DNA from: Podarcis filfolensis
Taxonomy: Eukaryota
NCBI GenBank assembly: GCA_964270895.1
Contig: OZ185437.1
DNA: 64,000 nucleotides
Reading direction: 5' to 3' (one strand)
In this document: in pieces, positions 49,881 through 61,800 of the stretch
Numbering within the stretch: the first letter of the stretch is position 1
Layout: each line of letters starts with the position of its first letter
Position numbers and translations under genes: made by a program
Notes under the pieces: model-generated
Seen by the model: only the letters and a program-made list of their open reading frames with translations
Databases searched by the model: none
What the model was told of the DNA's origin: nothing

Positions 49881-52800
49881 GGAGCTATTTCCTACTTGAT
49901 AGCATTTAGTCGTCCAAGGGAGGGAGGGAGGGGGAGTCTCCTTTTGTCATGGAAATCTGTTTTCCTTATGGGTGGATATAATTAGGTATTGCCCATTACC
50001 TGCGCATGTTTTATATGACAGAAGGAAGATATCTGGGAGACAGAAGTATTTTTCACCCTTGAGTCAAACGTGGTGAATCTTCAACTAAGTGTGTGCCATT
50101 GCTCCTTTTCCTGATATGTCCATGTAAAAACAAACATTTCATTTTTCTCTCTGCACTCATGCTGAAAGGAAAAACAATGGGTTATATCAGATTGTGGCTT
50201 TGCCTTAGTGGAAAGGCTTTCATTCATGCAAGTCTTAGTCATAGAATCATAGAATTGTAGAGTTGTAGAGTTGGAAGGGACCACCAGGGTCAACCAGTGC
50301 AACCCTCTGCAGTGTAGGAATCTTGCCCAATGTGGGGCTTGAACCCACGACTGTGAGATTAAGAGTTTTGTGCTCTACCCACTGAGCTAAGTCATTTGCC
50401 AATCCATCCATAGCCACTTAAGACCCATCTTCTCCTAAAAACTGCTCCCAAGAGTTGGGGGACCCTTTGGGATAAAAGGACACATGGTGCAGGAGGCTGC
50501 TGTAGGTTGTGGAGGAGGGGGAGCAAAAATTGAATGCCCTGCTTAGGCAACCCAATATATTAATGCTGAATATGTTATAGATGAATAATATTTTCTTCAT
50601 TTTCTTCAAGAATATTAATGTTGTAACTTTCCAAGATAAAATGGAAAATAATGGATATGCAGAAATAGAAAGGAGGGCTTCCTTAGGCAGAGACTAGCTC
50701 CAACTAGGAGGGAAGGAGGGCATCTTCAGAGCTGCATGAGATGTCATGCCAGAAGTGTTATGCATTTATCCTGTACAGCTTACTCTGCTGAATGCATCTT
50801 CCACTATAAATATATATGACCATATTTTCTAGTTTGTGCAATGCTTGTGTATTTCTTAAATCATACATTTTCCAAGATACAAGACTAATAGCAATGTTTA
50901 TTATATTGACTCTTTACCTGTCTTGAAGCTGTTGCATAGATTTCCACATAGCTCCAGCGAGAGAGTCCCTAGGCCATATACCTGAGGCTCCATCCATTAT
51001 AGTAATTCAAGTCTTACTTCTACTGTAGAAATGTTATACCCCATAGCTGCCCTTGGCTCCCTTCAGAGAGGAAAAGTGGGTTATAAATTTGACATAATAA
51101 ATAAATGGTTGTAAGCAAACATTTGTGGATAGAACTATGCATGCAACCTTTCATTTCTGAAATTCCATTCCAGGTTCTTGCTAGAATTGCCAATGCTACA
51201 AGACCTACAATTCATTTGTGTGAAATTGTGAACGAAGCTCAGCTGGAAAGGCTACTGTTGCTTCTGGTTGGGACAGACTTTAACAGAGGTGATATCTCTT
51301 GGGGAGGAGCATGGGCTCAGTATTCTCTGACGTGTATGCTGCAAGACATCCTAGCAGGTTTGTTGAAACTCCAGATACTTATCAAGCAGAATGATTGCAT
51401 ACGGTGGGGAGCATGGAAGCTGTAATAGCCAACATACTAACATGGGGTGAATATGAGCCACAACTTTATTGACTAGTTGACTTCCAGCAGTTTGGCAGGA
51501 CCCTCATGTGGTAGCATCCAGCTTCTTCGGTAAATGGCAACTAGCCTGTCTGCTGTAGAAAACAGTGGGAGGGGGGCAGATGGTGTCAGACAATGCTGAG
51601 GCCCAAAGATGGTTTGGAGAAGGGTGATCTGTGCCTCCAACTGTGAGATATTCTAGGCCTTCCACCCTCCACATCAGCATTGAGAAATAAGATTTCCACT
51701 TGACCATGTGGTCTGATCTTGTTGGGGTTGTCTTGCGTAGACGGAATTATTGAGGTATGTACATTTTCTTGCAAGTTTTCTGGATAGGTTAGATTGGGCA
51801 TAAAAGCAAATGCAACTAGTATGATCAGTTTTGAGTGCTATTGTGCTGTGTGATCTATGTTGAAATGATAACCTTCTTAGTTCAGAACATGGAATTGAGT
51901 AATGCTAGTATTCAGGCAATATGCATCAGTTTGTTTTTCTTTGACCACTTCAGTAAATTAATTGTGTTCTGACATATTCAGGAGAATTGTTGGCTCCTAT
52001 AGCTGCTGAAGCCATGGAGGAAGCTGCAATGGGAGAAGAGGCAGGGGCTTCAGCTGCAGACTCAGATGATGCTCTTCAGCAGTCTGCAGTTCAGTTAGTA
52101 GAAACTATTGATGAGCCTTTGACACATGACATCACAGGTAAATATATACTTTGCAGAGGGGTAACGAGCCTTTTCCAAGCTGTTGCTTCAGTTTTGCCAT
52201 CTAACCAATAGATTTACCACCATTTCAGAAGCAGTTTAAAGAATCAGAATTTTAGAAAGGGTAACAAATAACTAAACTGGTTCTGTCAATAATAGTGTTT
52301 GTGTGTTTTTTAGTTAAAACAGTGTTTGCAGTGATTGAAGTAAAGATGAAAAGCATTGGCTTAGATCTTATAAATAAACTTAAGGAGGTTCCTGGAAGTA
52401 AAGTTTTCTGACTCACATGCATCCCCAGAAAGCCTCTCCAGAGTGTCAGGTGACTTTATGGGAATAAGTACAGAGGGGTGGTAGACTCACCCAAAATCAG
52501 CCAGGGCAATTCTCCCTTTCCCCCATCAGCCTCCTGTGTCCCTTCTCATATTGTTCAGGAAGGCATGCCAGTGTCCCAAGAGGACATTGAAAGCTAGGAG
52601 CTAAATGGCACCTTAAACCTAGGTTATGGGTACAGCAACAGAATGTCTAGGCGTGCTTTTTTATAACGAGAATACAAAGCTAAAAATGAATGAACTGCAG
52701 CTAAAATATTATGTTCATTTTTCACATGGTCTAGTCCTTCCCCTGCCCACTCCCCTAATATTCTTAACAGGGTCTCTTCTCCAGTCTTCAGAAAGTAGCT

Positions 52801-55800
52801 GGAAGTGGGGAGGCAGAAAAAGGTCTTCCTTTCCTTCTACTCTGCTGTTGTAAACTGAAATCTTAGGCACAGTACTACACCCAGAGCTCAGAAACTGCTC
52901 GCACTAATGAAATTCCCTGTCGCAAAATGTGCCTAGAACAGTGGGAGTTTCAAACACTGTCTGGTTCTTTAATACAGTCTTAAATATTTGATAACTTGAT
53001 CCTACTACCCATGACAGGTGCCGTGGTACACCAGATCTCTAGAGTAAATAACAAGTTCAGAGTTTATGCCCCTTGATGAAACAAAGGTTGTGGGGTCACT
53101 AGCTGTAGTGATAGAGGATGGGTAGAAAACCAGAGCCTGTTAAACCTTCTAGAAATCATACATGTGAGTTTTGGTCTAGGTAGACTGGTTGACCCTTAAG
53201 TTACACAGCCTTTTGCCAGTCTTGTCTGTTATGAACCTTTACAGAGCATGGTGGTATTAAGCTCTTTGAATCACCTAAAGGTACTCCACCTCTGTCTTCT
53301 TTGGAAAAAGATAAAGACATTGATCTTGAATTACTGCAAGACCTGATGGAAGTCGATATTGATCCTTTAGATATTGACTTAGAGAAAGATCCCCTTGCAG
53401 CGAAAGTCTTCAAGGTATGGCATGCATGAGTTTTCAAAAAAGCTTATATCTTTAACACAGTGCAACTTTTTCCAAAGTTATCTCCTTAGTCTTGTATGTG
53501 TGATACAGAATGAACTGCCAGAGAAAGAGAAAGCTGGTGAATTTTGAATAAATGCCCATGGTGTTTCCACCAAAAGGCTGTCTTTCAGAGTTTCATCTAC
53601 TTTCAGAGATACCGGGAAAATACCTCCTTCAATGCTCAAATGCATTGGGCTATTAATAAAAATTCATCAGCATTTGGAAACATAGTCTCTCATCATGATG
53701 TATTTGGATGCTTTCTTCTTCTTCTTCTTCTTCTTCTTCTTCTTCTTCTTCTTCTTCTTCTTCTTCTGTACTGTGGCTTAATTTGAAAACACTTTAGAGA
53801 ATACTACTGTCATTTGCTTCTCTGCAATGCCTAGCAAAACATGTTGCTATTCCAATTTATTATAACTTCTAAAATACCATTTATAATCCTACTTCAAAAT
53901 GTAGCAGTAGAAAAAAGTAGTTTTTTTAACAGAAATAATCTGAATAATAAATTTGTATCTCATTTTATTTTATAAAGCCTATAAGCAGCACGTGGTATGA
54001 TTACTGGGGTGCTGACTACGGTACATATAATTACAACCCTTACATTGGAGGTGTTGGAATCTCTGTGGCAAAACCACCAGTTACCACAGAGAAGAATGGG
54101 TCACAAACTGTGAGCGTATCAGTCTCTCAAGGTAAGCAGTAGCTATAGTCTTACCTTGTGTACTGTTCATTTTGGCTTGTTGGGGGAGCTGTTGTTGCTT
54201 TTGCTAATGTGACATTATGATTATTTAGATATTTGAATTATGCAATGTTCTATGCCAGACAGTTGAGATATAATTAAAGGTTTACAAATGCATGTTCTGA
54301 TTATTATATTGTAGCTCCTTTCCAAAGAGCTATATTTGGCACATCTGTGACATAGTGAAAACTGTAAGGTTCCCCAGTTTCCAGAAGCCTTGTGGATTAT
54401 TGAGGAAAGGGGGTGGTTCGGGAAAGTCCAGTGCCCTGCTGGACAAATGGAGCTAGACATGTGGTTCTCTGTATTGTGGCTACAGCGTAAAAACCAGGGT
54501 GTGCTCAGTAAAAAGCCCCATTCAGTTGCTATCTGTTCCAAAAATTATTGAACTGAATCTTGCTCCTGAAAATAACAGTTGTAGGTTGAGGGCAGACACC
54601 TGACTTTGTTGACCTAAGTCTCTGGATTTACTTAAAATCTGCTTTTATTTATCTGCATTATGTGTCCTACTTTTTTCATACACCATAGTTCATACACCAA
54701 GCCCCATATCTAGCAACAGAAACAGTCAGTACCATAGGCCTAAGCATTTTATGATGATCTGTTAACATTTGATAAAATGTTTACTGTTTAAATGTGTAAT
54801 AGGTCACAAATTTGTAATTTAAATGCTGACATTATGCTGCTTTCCAAAGCTTTAGATGCACGCTTAGAGGTTGGACTTGAACAACAAGCAGAACTGATGC
54901 TGAAAATGATGTCTACTCTGGAAGCTGATTCCATTCTGCAGGCATTAACCAACACATCTCCTACATGTAAATTTGCACAGTTAAAAATAAACAACTCTGA
55001 ACATTGCGGTAATCTTTTCTTGCTAACCAACATGCTAAAAGCTTAGTTATCTGGTAGCTAGCTAGAATGCAAAGCACTTTAACTACCCTTACTAGCTGAG
55101 GACGCATGCACAACATATCTTTAGGCACCAGGGGAGAAAACTCCTCTATAACCAGACCTGTGCCCTTTAACTATCTGTGATTTTTCAGAAGTGAGTGGGA
55201 TTAATTATCTGATTAATTTGTAGAGGTTTTTTAGTCATATGGAAATAAGCAGTTGCATACACACCCTCACACCTTAAAGAGGGCAAAGACCAAAATAGCT
55301 ATTTGCATGAACTGTACTTGTGAAAGCTGCTTCTGCTTGATTTTTTTTTATTCTGCCTTCCATTGCAGCCATTGTGCCACATGCCAGGCCATTTCTGAGA
55401 ACCACCTGACCCTTAGTAGTGGGTCAGGGGGCTATGGTAGTGAGGCCAGGGTGGGAAAGCCCTATTGTGCAAGTAGCCTTCTGTTTGCACAGCTGTTGTG
55501 TAACCCAAAGTATCTTCATGTGTTGTCCTTTTAAAGATCTTATTACTGTATTCAATTTGTATTCTGGGGAATTGTTCTGTATATTGTGAAAGAGTAAATT
55601 AATGTCTTTGGTGACAAAGATAAAGATGCAGTTTCTCTTTTTTATTTAAAAATAACTTACCTTGGTGTGTGTGTTTTCTTTCAGTAACTCAGTCTCCGAG
55701 TGGAACAGATGATTCATTGTTACAGGGGCTGCATGCATCAAATCAAAACAACCAGTTTATTATCCAGCTGTCCTCCATACCAATGTTAAGTGCATGCTTC

Positions 55801-58800
55801 AACAAACTGTTCTCTATGCTACAAGTCCATCATGTTCAGGTATGTAATTGTTTGTAGAGAGTTTTTCTGTATTGGCCTGTGAGAATGATATACATGCATT
55901 AATGGGTGCAATACCTTTAGTAAGCCAAATTCTTCTCTGCTGGTGTTAGGGCGGTACGTCTGATCACATGTTGGTTTAACTTACACACACAAAAATTGCC
56001 TCAGGTGTATTTCCAGTTCCTTATAGCTAGGGTGGTCTTGTTCTTTGGTACACCTTTATATAGCTGTACTGTTCCATCTTAGAGCAAGCAATATAATGCA
56101 GAGCTGGCAGGTTTCCTGTTGGGCGAAGAATTGATCCAGAGCTTAATTTCCACTGTTGTGCTGTGCTGCTAATTATTACAGGCATAGAAAAATAATTTTT
56201 GAACAATAACTGTTGCACTTTGAGGACACAATATTTGAAAAACCTTAGAGAAACTAAGCTTTATCATTTTGGACAGTGTGCTTATGCCTGCAATGGCAAA
56301 CTATAAAAGCAATTTGTGTTTCTAAAATACGTGTGCTGGGTCTGCAGATGCTGAGGCAATTTCAGATAGGCTCTTTAGCTTAATAGGGCAATGCAGCTTG
56401 TTCAACTGGTGTTTGTATAGGTTTGCTTACAACATCGGAAGAGTGAAACTTGCTAATGCTGGATTTTTTATTATTTAAAAAACAATACTAAGTTTCCAGA
56501 AACTGAACTGGTCGTTATAGTTACTGTTACATCAATGAGATGGCTCTTCTTTCTTTGCCTTTTGCCAACCATATGCTTGTTGGCTTACTTAAAATCAAAA
56601 GGACATGGAATGCAGTAAATACATCCTATAATAGTAGTAGTGTGTTACAAGAGAACAAAGGAGACAAATTAATGTTGGAATTCTTGAGGTACCCATTTAT
56701 TGGACATCCCTGACTTCCGAGTTCCATAACCTTTTCCTAAATATATTTGGAAAATGACAACTGATTATCCATTATCCTCTAGCTCGAATCCCTTCTACAG
56801 TTATGGCTCACATTAAGCCTGAATTCAGGGTCCACTGGGACTAAAGACAACTGCACTGATGTTTTCTTGTATAATGCCAACCGGACACCTGTCATTCCCT
56901 TAAATCAAGGTAAGCAGCATCAGTGTGTGTGTATTTCTTCATAGTGTAAGATAGAATTTTTACACTATTGGTGTAGTGCTGTACTTGTGAAGGTCTGCAG
57001 CAGCTTCCCACCGCTTGGGCCCCTCTTGTCTTCTAGGCAAGGTGCCAAAAAAATCATGGCAACATAATATTCGCCTTAATTTATTCTGTAAAGAAATGGC
57101 AAAATTGAGGCTAGGCAGCTCTCTGCTGTGGATGAATTCTGCAGTTAATTTTTGTTCTTGGGTGCTGGTGAACCTGTGAAAATTCTTATCTGGCCTTGCT
57201 CACATCAGTTTAATCTCCTACCCATGTGCTTATTACTCAAATTGGTTGTTCAGTGCATTCTCCAGCTTGAGAGATCCAGATATTTGCCAGCTTTTGCCTT
57301 TCTAAAAAGTGATATTTTCATTCTCCTCTCCCCCCATAACTGAAGTTTCCAGTAATTAAAAAAAACCCTTCAACTATCTGTTGTGATATGTTGTGTTTTG
57401 AACTGTGTATTTATTACAGCATCAGTAACTAGCTTCCTGACTGTCCTGGCATGGTATCCTAATACCTTACTGAGAACATGGTGCCTTGTACTCCATAGTC
57501 TAACCCTCATGACGAACATGCAATTCAACTGTAAGTTCCTCTGGAATGTTGCACTTCTAAAGCCTATGTTAAAATATAATTTTGATTTATTTTTTTTATA
57601 AATACTAAATCTTTAAATTGGTTTGATTTAGTTTGAATGTAAGTGATAAACATGCCAGCACATCTGTTCTAAGTCACTAAAAACTTAACAAGGAGGCTCT
57701 TATCTAGCATTATCAGTCCCTTATGCAGCAGTATAAGTAATAGCAAATGTAAAATAAAAGCCTTCATGTGGGGTATCATGGGGTGTTTGAGTTAAATATT
57801 TAAATACTTAAGGAACCATGTTTTATATTGTGAAAAACTTTGTGGTTTTTTTCCTTGTGCAAAGAAGATACAGGGATCGTAGCATGCTGTTTAAGTGGAT
57901 GGAGAGGTGCATTTGCGCAGAGATCTTCACCGAGTTACTCATTTAACTCATTTTCTCTGGGTAGCAGATATCACCCTCAGAAGCTCATACCAAATTGCAA
58001 GTCTGAAAATGGCCACTTCAAGTTCCGTAATGGAATTTCTAGTTTCCTCCTTAATTGCATTTGTTGTTCCTCCTGGGACCAGCTTGGCTATATGTGGCAA
58101 CAGAGCTGCAGCTTCATCTCCTTTGCTGATGGACCTTTCTGGCTCTGAAAGTTGTAGAGGTGGTCTTGCAGGCAGAATCTGTGCCCAAGAGTGAACAGGG
58201 GCGTGATATGGGTCCACTAGCTTCTTGACAAGACTCCTTGACTGCATGTGTGAGAGCCACTGCCTTCACCAGTACAGCCAAAAGTACACAGCCTTAGCAT
58301 TCTTCTAAAAGTAGAAAAATCAATCCATAGTATCACCCCTTGGCACTTAGAAACTGCCAGATAGCACCTTGGGCTCAAAATTAGGGAAGTGCGAATTTAT
58401 TTAGGTTAATTGGAAATTTATTAACTATGGCCTACTGCTCCTGTTTGCTTTGGTTGCCAACCAACTCACCCCTTGTCAACGCTGCCTATCTTTGTACCAT
58501 GGCCAGCCCCCCCCCCCCGAGCTCCCTTCACCTCCCACCCCCTCACTGCTTCCTTTAAACCATCCCAATTCTTCCATTGCAGCTTACCAACCAAAGCCGC
58601 CACCCCATTGCCAATCTTCATCCCCCCCTCCTCTCGCAGCCCACCCCTGATCCCAAGATCCCTCTGTCACTGCTGCCACTGGTGAAGAGGAGGGGAATGA
58701 AGATGTGGAAGTATTTCTGCCCTTCACTGCTCTTGTGCCATGGCCGGAAGAAAGTGTGCATTTTTAAACGCACTTTTCCTTCTTTAAGTAAGAGGCAGAC

Positions 58801-61800
58801 AAAGGGGAGACTGGAAGGGCATGGGAAGGTGTGTCTTGGCCACTTGCCTGCCCCTCTTCCTCCGTTGGCCTACTCCCTTGCACCCTGTCTCCCAAACCAA
58901 CCAACAACAGAGAGAGACCAGGAAGGTTTGCAAAGCTACACTGTGCTGATTTACCCACCTGCCTGCCTCTGGTTACCTCCTTCTTCCTCCCACTTCCCCA
59001 CTTGGCTGCCTGAGGCATCTGCCTGCAGTTCTGTAGTCACCCTGCAGCTCGTATCGGCGGCCATGCAAACTGCAGCCCAACAGCATTTTTCCTTACAAAA
59101 ATAGAGTATGAAAGAGAAACGAGATGAACATTTATTATGCAAAAGCTCAAAATAAGGGATGAAACAGGAAAGGTTGAAACACTCACAGGTTCAGTAACAT
59201 GAGCTAGAACTACAACAAACTCTCAACAGTTTTTGAGTAAACATTTCCACAGAAACCTTAACTAAACCTTTGTCTGATGCCATAAGACGATACTGAGCGC
59301 GGCCTTTTCTGTACTGGATGAAACAGTGTAGCTATTTGGGAATTTTACTTTTTAAAAACTTTGTCTTACAGCTGGTCCCAGCAGTGCCATTACATCTCAG
59401 GAAAGTACTGCCCAACTGTTGGTGTCAGATTCCAACCTCATTCATGTTTTAGTGAAGTTTCTTTCGGGAACCAACCCTCATGGAACAAATCAACATAGTC
59501 CACAGGTAATATTTTTACTGGCTCTAAACAAATATTGGTGGCATTCAGCTCACCTAAGGATGGTGAAAAGCTTGTGTGTGAAATAACACTGAATGATTGA
59601 AGACTGATTGCTTCCTGTCAGCATTCTCTACTTGTCTGTTTCTTAATCATAATGACTGTGTACCAGCTTTGTCAATAGTATAAAACTATTTACTGCCTTC
59701 CACCATGTACATGTGACTCTTAAGAAGGAGTTAGCATGTGCAGGGTTCCAGCTCTCAAGGACTGCCTATGGACATTTGGCAGGCTCCCTCCCCCCCCCCC
59801 TTTTTCAGGCCTTTCCTCAAAGACACAGTGGGAAGGGATTTCTCATGTGCTCCACTATCTCATCACATGATTTTAGTCATGTGGAGCGTAGAGTGCATGT
59901 TCCACTGAAAGTGTGGGATAGCATTGTCACCAGCCTTGTTTCTGATTGAGCTTGTAAGACTCTTTATGCAGCCATCTATAATGACAAGGGCTTGGGAACT
60001 GTTTCAGAAAATGCCATTCTTCAGAACATAATCAAAATACCTTTTAAAATCTTTCCCTCCCCCTAGGTTGGTCCAACAGCTACTCAAGCTATGCAAGAAT
60101 TTCTTACTCGTTTACAAGTGCACCTTTCTTCAACATGCCCTCAGATGTTCAGTGAATTTTTATTAAAATTAATACATATTCTTTCAACGGAGAGGTAAAC
60201 TTTTGATTATTATAAATACTTTTATTTAAGGTTCAAAGTTGGGTTGAAATTAAAGGTGTGAAGGTCTCAGGTGGATTGGATTCCCCACCCCCGACTCTGT
60301 TGTCCAAATTTTTCCAGGTCCCCTCCCCCCACATTTTTCCCCAGGTTTTTTTCCCCAAGCCTTCACATCTCTAGTTGAAATCTAAATTTATAAAAAGAAA
60401 CAAGATGATTTTTTATTGTCTGATTTTCAGCATTTCACAGAATTTTAGAGTTGGAAGGGACTATGCTCTTCCTTTTTACTTCTTATTACAATAATATCAC
60501 ACCTTGCCTCCAATGAGGTCAACCTTTTGAAGTAGGTTATGGTGAAAGATGGTGACACGGCTTCAAGATTACCCAGCAAGCTTCATGGCTAGTTAGGATT
60601 TGGCCCCTGGTCTCCCAGTACCTAATCCAACACTCTCAACCACTGTTACTGGCCCTAGGAGAGAGCAGAATGAACTGCATGTGATCAGGAGTTGCACTTA
60701 CTATTTTTATCTACGTAAAAATGTATACCCTACCTTCTAATCTCTAGAAAGATTCTGAAGTAATAAAACAATACAACCATAGAAATTGAAAAAGCAAACA
60801 GGAAGAGTGGGCAGCCATTTCTTACATGCACAATTTCAGGGCGTGTAAATTGTTGGTTTTCATGAGCGAAAATAATCCTAATTTGAATTTCCTTCCCTTC
60901 CAGGGGTGCTTTCCAGGCTGGCCAGGGGCCTCTGGATGCACAAGTGAAGCTTCTGGAATTTACCCTTGAGCAGAATTTTGAAGTTGTCTCTGTGAGCACC
61001 ATTTCTGCTGTTATTGAATCCATCACATTTCTTGTGCACCATTACATTACGTGTGCTGACAAAGTTATGTCTCGCAGTGGGTCCGACAGTTCAGTGGGTG
61101 CTAGAGCATGTTTTGGAGGGCTTTTTGCTAATATCATCCGGCCAGGGGATGCCAAAGCAGTCTGTGGAGAGATGACGAGGGATCAGCTCATGTTCGATTT
61201 GCTCAAGCTGGTCAACATCCTAGTGCAGCTGCCACTTTCAAGCAACAGAGAATATAGCGCTCGGGCTCAAATGGCCAGCAGCACTACGGACAGCGTTTCC
61301 GATGAAGAAAAGGTTTCAGGTGGAAAAGATAGCAATGGAAACAGTGGCAGTACTCAAGGCTCAACAGCATATGTGGCTGACCTAGTCTTAGCTAACCAGC
61401 AGATTATGAGCCAGATTCTTTCTGCTCTGGGCCAGTGTAACAGCAGTGCTATGGCAATGATAATTGGTAGGTATTTTAATAGTGAATGTACTTATTTTTA
61501 TATCCGCCTTGTTTGCTAAAAAGCTTAAAGCAGTTGTCTACACTCAGTTCTTAGACAGTTTCCCATGCTAGCATATTATAGGACCAGATCCTGCTTGTAT
61601 TTGTAGAGCCTAGTGGCTCTGGGCTTTTAATTTAAAGGCTTTAATTTGATTTGTTTGATTTAATTTGCAATATTTTAACACAGCACGGAGTGGCCTATAT
61701 TAAAATTATTGTATCCTAAATCCGTATCTGGTACATGAACACTCACATGAGTACTTGGGCCCTTAAATCCCAGTGTTAAACTCACCTCATCAATTTCTCA

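Noticed and set aside
58370-59110. C-rich block with overlapping ORFs (175 aa +) as a gene or a defined transposon
   Set aside because: Low-complexity Pro/Leu/Ser translations; I could not find TIRs or TSDs; probably an old repeat
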